Virus record (IMG/VR): IMGVR_UViG_2896262711_000007
Location: 15,784 to 79,783 of that record
From: a virus
Lineage: Duplodnaviria > Caudoviricetes
Direction: 5' to 3' (one strand)
Length of the DNA stretch: 64,000 nucleotides
Shown here: positions 56,469 to 64,000 of the stretch, piece by piece
Position numbering within the stretch: the stretch's first letter is position 1
Layout: each line of letters opens with the position of its first letter
The notes under the pieces: model-generated
Databases searched by the model: none
The model's input: the letters and a program-made list of their open reading frames with translations, nothing else
What the model was told of the DNA's origin: nothing
Made by a program: the position numbers and the translations under genes

Positions 56469-57108
56469 GTGCGGCTTCCAGGTCTTGGGCTGCCGGCCGG
56501 GCGCCGGCGGCGTTGTTGCGTTGTTGCGCGATGGCTTGCTTGCGCCCGCGCGTGGCCAGCTTGTCGGCACGTTCATTCCCGGCGTTGCCCGCATGTCCCT
56601 TCACCCACTTCCAGGTGACGGTGTGCTGGCCGCAGAGCCGGTCCAGTTCGCGCCAGAGGTCTTCGTTCTTCACCGGCGTCCGGGCGGCGGTCCGCCAGCC
56701 GTTCCGCTTCCAGCCGGCGATCCACTTCATGATGCCGTCCCGGAGGTACTTGCTGTCGGTGTGGATCAGGATCGGCACCGGTCTGGTGACCGCCTTCAGC
56801 GCCTCGATGGCCGCCGTCATCTCCATCCGGTTGTTCGTCGTCTCCAGCGCGCCGCCGCACAGCTCCCGCTCGACCGCTCCCCACAGCAGAACCACGCCCC
56901 AGCCACCAGGGCCTGGATTGGGGTGACAGCCGCCGTCGGTGTAGGCATGGACGATGCCCTGCGCGGCCGGCGCGATGCCGACCGGCCTCGGCTGCACGAT
57001 TGTCGGGGCGGGGATTCCGTGCTTGTCCTGACGGTGCTTGGCAAGGCGCGTCGGGTTCTTGAACGCGGTTCCGCAAAGGTCGCATGTCGGGCGGGGCATG
57101 ATCGACAC
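56461..57108 (-). CDS. rnhA: Ribonuclease HI with N-terminal C2H2 zinc finger
   Basis: [27 protein letters not shown]...W..NGW, VKN.DLW, WVKGHAG..GNERAD.LA; CDLC..F..L..H..H. Confidence 0.93.
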   Translation of the reverse strand: MSIMPRPTCDLCGTAFKNPTRLAKHRQDKHGIPAPTIVQPRPVGIAPAAQGIVHAYTDGGCHPNPGPGGWGVVLLWGAVERELCGGALETTNNRMEMTAAIEALKAVTRPVPILIHTDSKYLRDGIMKWIAGWKRNGWRTAARTPVKNEDLWRELDRLCGQHTVTWKWVKGHAGNAGNERADKLATRGRKQAIAQQRNNAAGARPAAQDLEAAHA

Positions 57109-57111
57109 CCC

Positions 57112-57342
57112 TCAACCTTGCGGGAGACCCAGCACCCGCTCGGGATGCTTGATCAGGCCGGTGCCGGCATCACCGCAGCGGCGCCCATAGACGTCATCGA
57201 AGTACAGGGAGTCGAATTCCCTACCGCCATCGCTCCGGACGCACCATGCGGCGAAGACAGGAGGAAGACCGTCCTCCTTCGGGCTTGGGAATAGCGCCCC
57301 TCCTTCCGAAGGGGCGTCGGCCGTCGGCTTGTGCGCAAGCAT
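57112..57342 (-). CDS. Small hypothetical protein
   Basis: TGATG coupling. Confidence 0.5.
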   Translation of the reverse strand: MLAHKPTADAPSEGGALFPSPKEDGLPPVFAAWCVRSDGGREFDSLYFDDVYGRRCGDAGTGLIKHPERVLGLPQG

Positions 57343-59279
57343 CAGGCTGCCTCCGCGGCTGGCACGGGGGCAGCCGCCGGCGCGGGCTTGGTGGCGCCGG
57401 TCGCCTCGGAGATTGGCCGGGCAACGCCATCGGCGATCCAGTAGGTCCGGCCCAGCTTCGCCGCAGCCAGGTCCGGGATTTTCCGATCCTTCAGCGCCTT
57501 GGCGGAGAACGTCATGCAGACGATGGCCGGCATGCCGGCGTCGCGCAGCATCGTGAACATGCCGTTGCGCCCGCGCTGGTCGAGGATGTCCGCGGCATCG
57601 ATGATGACCAGTGGATCACCGGCGAGCGCCGCGAAGGCCACCTGCAGGATCACCCGCGTCCGGAACTGGTCGCTGGAGATCTGCGGACCATGGCCGCCCA
57701 GGGCAGCGTAGGGCCGCCCGCCATAGGTCACCGTCAGGCTGGTGTCGGTCTCGATGCGGACCGGCGCCCAGCCGGCGGCCTTGCAGAGCGGATGCAGACG
57801 CTGCTCGTTGAAGATCCCCAGCACCTTCGCAAGCTTGACCTTGCGGCAGCCGTCCGGGCCCAGCACGCCGATGATATTGGACATCGCCGTGATCTGCCGC
57901 GCCAGCCCATCAGCCCGCGCCTTCCGCTGGAGCATGGACAGCCGGTTCTCCGCCGAGGCGACGGCCTTGCGAGCTGCATCGACATCGCCACCGGTGCCAG
58001 TGTTGCCGGAGTCCGATGTTTCCATCTCCGCCAGCCGCTTCTTGGCAGCTTCGGCCTTGGCGACGGCGCGCTGCGCATCGTCATAGTCGCGGGCAGCGGC
58101 GTTGAAGTCGCCCTTGGCTCGGTTCAAGGTGTCGCGTGCGTTTGACAGTTTCCCATCGGCATCCGCGCGATCCAGACGCCGCTGGCGGAGAACGTCATCC
58201 GACACCGACTCCGCCCGCTCCAGGCGCTCGCCGGCGGGGGTGCGGAGATAGTGGACCTGTCCCTGGCAGTGCGGGCACTCCAACCCCTTCGCCTGTTCAG
58301 CCGGCGGGAGGCCTGCGAGTGCGCGCTCAGCCGACTGGAGCGCTGACTCCGCGTTCATCAGCGTCACCTCGGCGTCGAGCTTTTTATCCCGCGCGGTCGC
58401 CTCGGCAGTCTGGAGGTCCGTCAGCCGGCCGACGTCGGAGCGCAGTTCGGTCAGCACGGTCTGGTCCACCGCAGCCTGCCCGACGGCTTCCTCCAGCGCG
58501 GCGCGGGCGGCGTCGAGAGCCGCTTGCAGGCCGGCGACAGAGGCTTCCCCAAGATCCGGGGTCCAGCCGGTTGGTGCCCAATCGTGGATCTTCTTGTCGC
58601 CGAACGCCTCCCCGGCGACTTCCGACCACCGGCTTTTGAGGTCAGACCGCTCCTTCTCCAGCTTCTTGGCCGTGTCGTCCCAGCCGCGCAACGCGATCTG
58701 TTGCCAGAGCCATTCGACGACGTTCAGGCCGATGCCGACCTCCTTCATCAGCTTGGCGTGTTCCGCCAGGGAGAGGGCCGGGTCGAACCGCTTGCCGACT
58801 TTGTTCAGAGCCTCGTCGATGGCCGGTGCCGGCGGATCGTCCTTCAGCCCATGATCGGCCAGAGCGGCGGCGAGGTCTTCGCGCGCCGGCAGCGTCTTCA
58901 GCAGCTCCGCCAGCCGGACGGGCCGGGTCTTGGCTTCCAGGTCGATGATGGAGTCGAACCCGGCGGCGATCCGGCTCAGCAGCAGCGGGTCGCCTTGCGT
59001 GGCGACCTCCGCCTTCGGGTAGGTCACGACCAGCGTGTCGGCCGGCGTCGGACCGGTGATGGTGACGGAGCCGGTCTTCGCGCCGTCGCGCACGAGCCCC
59101 TTGAGGCCGGCGACGGTCAGCCCGTGCTTCGGCTCGGCAGCCGCGGCGCCGGCGATGCCCTTGGCGATGGAGGACTTGCCGTTGCTGTTCTCGGCGGCGA
59201 TCAGGGTGATGCCGTCGCCCATGGCGATATCGGCCCGGTCGAGAATCTGGAAGCTCCGGATGGATGCGGTGTAGGGCAT
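57342..59279 (-). CDS. Rad50/SbcC-like ABC ATPase
   Basis: Walker A ENSNGKSS, coiled coil with central CPHC hook, degenerate signature ISSDQ, Walker B IIDAADILD. Confidence 0.75.
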   Translation of the reverse strand: MPYTASIRSFQILDRADIAMGDGITLIAAENSNGKSSIAKGIAGAAAAEPKHGLTVAGLKGLVRDGAKTGSVTITGPTPADTLVVTYPKAEVATQGDPLLLSRIAAGFDSIIDLEAKTRPVRLAELLKTLPAREDLAAALADHGLKDDPPAPAIDEALNKVGKRFDPALSLAEHAKLMKEVGIGLNVVEWLWQQIALRGWDDTAKKLEKERSDLKSRWSEVAGEAFGDKKIHDWAPTGWTPDLGEASVAGLQAALDAARAALEEAVGQAAVDQTVLTELRSDVGRLTDLQTAEATARDKKLDAEVTLMNAESALQSAERALAGLPPAEQAKGLECPHCQGQVHYLRTPAGERLERAESVSDDVLRQRRLDRADADGKLSNARDTLNRAKGDFNAAARDYDDAQRAVAKAEAAKKRLAEMETSDSGNTGTGGDVDAARKAVASAENRLSMLQRKARADGLARQITAMSNIIGVLGPDGCRKVKLAKVLGIFNEQRLHPLCKAAGWAPVRIETDTSLTVTYGGRPYAALGGHGPQISSDQFRTRVILQVAFAALAGDPLVIIDAADILDQRGRNGMFTMLRDAGMPAIVCMTFSAKALKDRKIPDLAAAKLGRTYWIADGVARPISEATGATKPAPAAAPVPAAEAA

Positions 59280-59285
59280 GGCGGG

Positions 59286-60416
59286 TTACTCGTCGAAGAG
59301 GTTGGCGGGGCCGGTGTCATCGCTGTCGTCGTCGGCCGGCGGGTCGGGCATCTGATCGTCGACCGGCGGCTCGGCGTGTTGCTGTGGAGGCGCGCTGCGG
59401 GGGGCCGCGGTCTTCTTGGCCGGCGGGCGGGAAGTCTCGGCCGGTTCCACCTGCTGCTGTGGCGCGGCGGCGTTGCCCATCGGGATTTCGGTTTTCTGCT
59501 CGATCTGAACTGCAGCCGCTGCAGCGTCGTCGTCGCCGGTGGCATCCACCGAGGCTTCACCTTCGATCACAACGGCGCTCTCGCCATCGCCGTCTTCGGG
59601 TTCGACAACCGGCTCCCACACACCTTCGGCGTTCTGCTGCGCCTCGATGATGTCCTCATTCTCCTCGACGGTTTTCAGGCCCATGAGGAGTTCCGGCGCG
59701 TAGAGGCGACCGAAGAAGGTGGCGGAGCGGTAGCGGATCATGAGCCCGGGCATGGTCTGCCATTTGCTACCGTTCTTCCCGTACCAGCCTTCCTTAACCG
59801 CCATTTCCATGGTGACCTCGGGAGACTCCAGCACCTCACCCGTGAGCTTGTCCTTCGCGAAGGCGACGCAGGACATTCCGCGGACCGTTGTTTTCACCAT
59901 GCGGTTCCGGCGAACGTTCTTCCCTCGGTCGTCCGTAACCCATTCGGAAACCGGGTACTCGACCTCCTGCTCCTCCTCATCGATCCGCACCCGGTATTGC
60001 AGGCTCGTGAACCGGCCGGAGCTGTTGATCGCAGAGATGACGAACTGGCTCGACCAACTCGGCCGCCCCTCCACGATGTAAAGGTTCTGCATCACCATCA
60101 GCGGATCGGCGCCAATGCGGTTCGCCATGTTCAGGGCGATGATGCAGTTGGGGATGGCGGACGGGTTATCCTCCCACTCGCCGGTCCGCTTGTTGAGGGT
60201 GCGGCGCTGATAGGCGGTCGGGACCAGGGAGGATGAAGCGAGACCTAAGGCGACGCGCTGGGTGAACTCCCAGCTTGCCAGATCTCCAAAGCCGACGGTG
60301 ATGGTCGGCAAGCCGGGCTCAGGAGGCGGAGTCGCGGGCCCGCCAGCGGATGTGGGGCGACGCGGGGGAGCGCCAACCGGCGTTTGACGCTGGGAACGCA
60401 TGGTGTCGATGCTCAT
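59286..60416 (-). CDS. RecT-like single-strand annealing protein
   Basis: A.S.LVP.AY, NC.IAL.MA.R.G.DPL.VMQNLY.V.GRP.WSSQF, M.MA..EGW..K.GSKW.TMP..M.RYR; acidic tail. Confidence 0.8.
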   Translation of the reverse strand: MSIDTMRSQRQTPVGAPPRRPTSAGGPATPPPEPGLPTITVGFGDLASWEFTQRVALGLASSSLVPTAYQRRTLNKRTGEWEDNPSAIPNCIIALNMANRIGADPLMVMQNLYIVEGRPSWSSQFVISAINSSGRFTSLQYRVRIDEEEQEVEYPVSEWVTDDRGKNVRRNRMVKTTVRGMSCVAFAKDKLTGEVLESPEVTMEMAVKEGWYGKNGSKWQTMPGLMIRYRSATFFGRLYAPELLMGLKTVEENEDIIEAQQNAEGVWEPVVEPEDGDGESAVVIEGEASVDATGDDDAAAAAVQIEQKTEIPMGNAAAPQQQVEPAETSRPPAKKTAAPRSAPPQQHAEPPVDDQMPDPPADDDSDDTGPANLFDE

Positions 60417-60448
60417 GGGAAGCTCCAATTCGGGCGAACGACAGGGCC

Positions 60449-61273
60449 TCAGGCGTAGGCCCAAGTCGGCATGGCAAGGGGTTCGATCTGCCCGGAATAG
60501 CCGGGCCAGTAATCGTCCTTCAGGCATCTGGCATAGAGGCGGAGCTGCTCGTGAACGTCTTCGCGCCCCCGCTCGACGGCGCGCGGTTCCAACTCGTAGG
60601 TTCCGACCAGATAGGGCGGTTCCTTCTCCACGGCGATGAAGATGAAGGCCTCCGGCGTCCATCCAGTGACTGCCTCAATGCCCTCGCGGTAGTAGGCGTC
60701 CTGCCAGTGGTATTTGTATTCACCGCAGCTCATGGCGAAGCCGCGGGGATCAGGACCGGCGTCGGTGGTAGACTTCAGATCAACGATGGCCCGCAGTTCC
60801 ATCCGAAGACTGTCCGCGCGACCGCGGCAGAGAAGGCCTGTCTCGGGATCGATCCAGTAGAAAGACTGCTCGACCCGCAGGTCGCCGACGAGAAGCGCGC
60901 CGGCAGCCGGATGGGCGTGGACGGCATCCTGGATCCGAAGGGCCTGCTCATATTCGGCACGCTTGACCAGTTCCCGGCCGTTGGCCTTCAGCATCTCTTC
61001 CTTGTAGGCGGCGGTGCGCGGATCGAAACGCTCCAGGTCGGTGACCATGTACCGCATATCGAGCTGTGCCGGCTCCAGAATGGCGGTGTGGATCAGCGAC
61101 CCGAAGCGGAGCGATCCCGTTTCCTTGTTCTGTCCGTAGCGAGCCTTGGCCGGCGCCTTCGCGAAGGTCTTCAACCTGCTGACCGACACCCCCTCGCTGG
61201 CGTGATACTGCTCCTCCGGGATGCTGTCATAGAGCCCCGGTTCTGGAGCCGGGACCGGTGCGATCATGTTCAT
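60449..61273 (-). CDS. RecE/exonuclease VIII-like PD-(D/E)XK nuclease (DUF3799)
   Basis: YH...S.S.LK, FGS..H.A.LEP, E.S.YW.D..TG..C.GR.D, DLKST, Y..Q.A.Y, F.F.AVEK.PPY. Confidence 0.88.
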   Translation of the reverse strand: MNMIAPVPAPEPGLYDSIPEEQYHASEGVSVSRLKTFAKAPAKARYGQNKETGSLRFGSLIHTAILEPAQLDMRYMVTDLERFDPRTAAYKEEMLKANGRELVKRAEYEQALRIQDAVHAHPAAGALLVGDLRVEQSFYWIDPETGLLCRGRADSLRMELRAIVDLKSTTDAGPDPRGFAMSCGEYKYHWQDAYYREGIEAVTGWTPEAFIFIAVEKEPPYLVGTYELEPRAVERGREDVHEQLRLYARCLKDDYWPGYSGQIEPLAMPTWAYA

Positions 61274-61452
61274 GGCGTGGTTTCCACGATGTGTCCGGTG
61301 AAGGGGAAGCCGACGGTCCCACGATGCGGAGCCGCGGACACCCAGGCGAGAACCAGCCCCACAGCCGAGACCCCGCCGATGACCAAACACGCGGCGATGG
61401 TCACCAGCAGCCCGGCATGGGCCGATACGGGGGAGGCGGGGGCACGTCGCAT
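61270..61452 (-). CDS. Small membrane protein
   Basis: Single hydrophobic helix; ATGA coupling to the recE-like gene. Confidence 0.4.
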   Translation of the reverse strand: MRRAPASPVSAHAGLLVTIAACLVIGGVSAVGLVLAWVSAAPHRGTVGFPFTGHIVETTP

Positions 61453-61457
61453 GGCGA

Positions 61458-62006
61458 TCAGGCCGTCACGGTGCTGTCGTCGGCCGGCTCGCTGGCGAGA
61501 TCGGCCTTGCCCATCGCCTTGGTCAGCTCGAACAGGCGCTTGCGGACCGTCGGATCGTTGATCTTGTAATAGGCGCGGACCAGCTCCAGCGTTTCGCGCT
61601 TCGCCATCGGGTCCGGATCATGGCTGACGCTGGCGGCTTCCTCCGATCCGCCGGCATCGTCGTCCTCGACGCGGGCGGTGGCGACTTCTTCCGGCATGTC
61701 GTCGAAGAAGAAGGAAATCGGCACGTCCAGCACACGGCTGAGATCGAAGAGCCGTGACGAGCCGATCCGGTTGGCGCCACGCTCGTACTTCTGCACCTGC
61801 TGGAAGGTCAGGCCGATGGCCTCGCCCAGCTTCTCCTGGCTCATGCCGAGGAGGGTGCGACGGAGACGGACGCGGGAGCCGACATGGATGTCGATCGGAT
61901 TCGGCTTTCCGGTCTTCGGACGGCCAACGCGGCGGGCGGCGGGAGCCTCTCGGGTGGAGGTCGACACCGAGCGGGTCGGGATCACGGAAGGAGACATGGC
62001 GTTCAT
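61458..62006 (-). CDS. XRE-family HTH regulator of the conserved alphaproteobacterial chromosomal type
   Basis: PIDIHVGSRVRLRRTLLGMSQEKLGEAIGLTFQQVQKYERGANR...RETLELVRAYYKI. Confidence 0.92.
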   Translation of the reverse strand: MNAMSPSVIPTRSVSTSTREAPAARRVGRPKTGKPNPIDIHVGSRVRLRRTLLGMSQEKLGEAIGLTFQQVQKYERGANRIGSSRLFDLSRVLDVPISFFFDDMPEEVATARVEDDDAGGSEEAASVSHDPDPMAKRETLELVRAYYKINDPTVRKRLFELTKAMGKADLASEPADDSTVTA

Positions 62007-62059
62007 TGGGGCTTCCTTGCTGGAAATGGTGAGAAGAGGGGAGGGGAGAGAAGGAGTGA

Positions 62060-62449
62060 TCAGGCCGCGTGGCGGGCGATGCGTTCGTCCTTGCGTCGGT
62101 CGAACCAAGCGTCGTCAGCAGCGGCGCGCTGTGCGGCGATGTCGCTTTCCGCTTCCCTGATGAGGTCGTCGTCGAAGTCCCGGCAGTAATGTTCGGCCCA
62201 GGACACGATGTGCGCCGGCGCACTGCGGGTGATCCGGGACTCGGTACCGGGGCCGCAGAGGATTTCGGCTTTGATGAACTCGATCTCCGCTGGGCCACCG
62301 GGTGAGCCGCCGCGGACGGGGTCGAAAGTCGGCTGCTCCGCCCGCTGGTAGGTGAAATGGATCTGGACCTCGGACCGCTGGATCACGCGGTCGCCTTCGA
62401 TCTGCTCATGGGTTGTGCGGAAAACGTGCTTGGTGGCCATGGTGGTCAC
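62060..62449 (-). CDS. Hypothetical phage protein
   Basis: GG.P..PAEIE motif; coupled. Confidence 0.55.
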   Translation of the reverse strand: MTTMATKHVFRTTHEQIEGDRVIQRSEVQIHFTYQRAEQPTFDPVRGGSPGGPAEIEFIKAEILCGPGTESRITRSAPAHIVSWAEHYCRDFDDDLIREAESDIAAQRAAADDAWFDRRKDERIARHAA

Positions 62450-62733
62450 TCCGCGGCGATGCGTGCGGCTGCGGGATGCTCATCGCGGCCGGACGGGGGA
62501 AGGTGAGTGCCTGCGGCTGTCAGCCGCTCATATTCGGCGCGAGGGACCGGCTTCCTGCCGTCCTCAAGCGCAAGGGTCCAGTTCGGGTCTATGGCGTAAC
62601 CGCGGCTGAAGTTGCCGGCGTCCTGCTTGAGCTGGCGCAGGGCGTCCGCTTCATCCTCGGCATAACCCATCCAAGTCAGCAGATCGCCCCACCGGTCGGT
62701 GTAATCGCCGTAGAAGAGGAACCGGACCCCCAT
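62446..62733 (-). CDS. Hypothetical protein
   Basis: Operon packing. Confidence 0.5.
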   Translation of the reverse strand: MGVRFLFYGDYTDRWGDLLTWMGYAEDEADALRQLKQDAGNFSRGYAIDPNWTLALEDGRKPVPRAEYERLTAAGTHLPPSGRDEHPAAARIAAE

Positions 62734-62739
62734 AGCCGG

Positions 62740-63156
62740 TTACTCCGCGGCCTGGGGCAGGGCGGCGGCAGCGGCATGCCGGCGCTTCTCTGCGGCCCGC
62801 TCCCGGCTGCGGTCCATGGCCCGCATGATCCCCTGATGCCAGAGACGCTGTTCCTCGGTCACCATCCCGGCCGGATTGCCATCGAGGTCGACGCGCTCGC
62901 CACCGGCGGCACCCGCGGCGTGGTAGCGGTAGCCGCGGATGTAGTCATGGAAGGCATTGCCGAGCCGGCGGCGGGAGAGGGACTTGCCGTCTTCCCCGAT
63001 GATCGTGCGCTTCGCCAGTTCCTCGAAGATGCCGATTTTCAACGGCTTCTTCGGACGGCCTGTGCGCGGCGGCACGAAGGTCAGCGGAAACGCCCTGGCG
63101 AGCGCACGGCGGTCGGAGCGAACTTGGGATGCGGGGTGTCTCGGCATCGGATGCAC
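62740..63156 (-). CDS. ProQ/FinO family RNA-binding protein
   Basis: L...FP..F, PLKIGI..EL, L..Y....RY, G..RVDLDG...G.VT. Confidence 0.9.
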   Translation of the reverse strand: MHPMPRHPASQVRSDRRALARAFPLTFVPPRTGRPKKPLKIGIFEELAKRTIIGEDGKSLSRRRLGNAFHDYIRGYRYHAAGAAGGERVDLDGNPAGMVTEEQRLWHQGIMRAMDRSRERAAEKRRHAAAAALPQAAE

Positions 63157-63190
63157 CTTCTTGGTGATCGGCTTACCCGAAGGCCCGGCA

Positions 63191-63448
63191 GCGCCGGACG
63201 TTCAGGAAAGCCGCCGGAGGGGATGGAGAAACCCCGGCGGTTCCGGCGCATCGGGTCCGGCTCAAACCCGGAGCGCCTGACCGCCCCGTCAGGGCAAAGC
63301 GAAGGGGCGGATCGGAGAAAGGAGAGGTGCCGGAGCTGCTGGCCGGCATCCCTGGGGGAAGGGATCCTCCGGCACCTCGAATTGCCGCCCTCATCTCGGG
63401 GAGGGATAGGGCGGCGCTCGGCGGCACGGGCTGAGCGGGGAAGGCCCG
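63191..63448 (-). ncRNA. Candidate structured RNA: array of GC-rich hairpins with C/U-rich loops
   Basis: Stems gcgccgga/tccggcgc, ccgccgg/ccggcgg, ccgcccc/ggggcgg, gaggtgccggag/ctccggcacctc, gccgccct/agggcggc, cgggc/gcccg. Confidence 0.45.
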
Positions 63449-63463
63449 GCCGGCGAAGCTGGA

Positions 63464-64000
63464 TCAGGCGGCGATGGTGGCGATGGACGGCGGCTGCTCG
63501 GGGGCGGGGATGATCGCATCCTGATAGGCCGCGGCAAGATCGCCGTCGACCGCGGCAAGATCGGCGCCGGCGCCGGCGGCGACGGTCTGGCCGGACAGCG
63601 GCGGCTCGGCGGTGGTGCCCTCGGACTGGCCGGCGCCCTCGTCGGTCGCGTCGTCCGCCTTCGTCACCGGGACGCGCAGGAAGATGAAGCCGGCGCTGGC
63701 GTGGTCGCTGTCGATCTTCAGGCCATCGATGTCCTGGGTGCCGGTGGCTGCCTGGACGGTGTCCCACATGGTCTTGCTGCTGGCCACGATCTCGGTTTCC
63801 AGCTCCGCGATCTTGGCCCGGTTCGCCGTATACAGCGCGTCGAAATCGGTGACTGCCTTCGCGGCGTCGCCGGTCAGCACGACCGAGGTGTATTCGGTCT
63901 TGCGACAGTTCGCGCAGTCGCACTTGCCTTCGAACACCGATTTGAAGATGGCGCCCAGGGTGGCACCGAGAAAACCGGGAATGGAGTTTTTGCCGGACAT
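63464..64000 (-). CDS. Hypothetical phage protein
   Basis: ATG at the window edge; CxCxxC motif, short coiled coil. Confidence 0.55.
   Translation of the reverse strand: MSGKNSIPGFLGATLGAIFKSVFEGKCDCANCRKTEYTSVVLTGDAAKAVTDFDALYTANRAKIAELETEIVASSKTMWDTVQAATGTQDIDGLKIDSDHASAGFIFLRVPVTKADDATDEGAGQSEGTTAEPPLSGQTVAAGAGADLAAVDGDLAAAYQDAIIPAPEQPPSIATIAA

Overview
The window covers most of a GC-rich alphaproteobacterial (Rhodospirillales-like, inferred) siphovirus-type element that appears to be a phage-plasmid. From 1 to ~31 kb on the + strand lie head, tail, giant tape-measure and fibre genes, with several inserted morons including a MucR/Ros gene. From ~31.8 to 36.7 kb a lysis cassette is split by a duplicated, decayed insert carrying two receiver-domain proteins and a BLUF-like protein. 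From 37 to 43 kb an accessory block holds SRAP, GAF-GGDEF, S9 hydrolase, Nuc-type PLD nuclease and LexA-boxed umuDC. An iteron-containing plasmid replicon (RepA_C-type Rep, ParA, atypical partner) occupies 42.9-45.6 kb. From 45.7 to 64 kb a minus-strand early operon encodes a C5 methyltransferase with 7 tandem TRD-like repeats, ASCH-like proteins, a C2H2-finger-RNase HI fusion, a Rad50/SbcC-like ATPase, RecET-like genes, a host-type XRE regulator and ProQ/FinO preceded by a hairpin array. No integrase, rRNA, tRNA, CRISPR or reverse transcriptase was seen. All family calls come from motif recognition by eye, not database searches.
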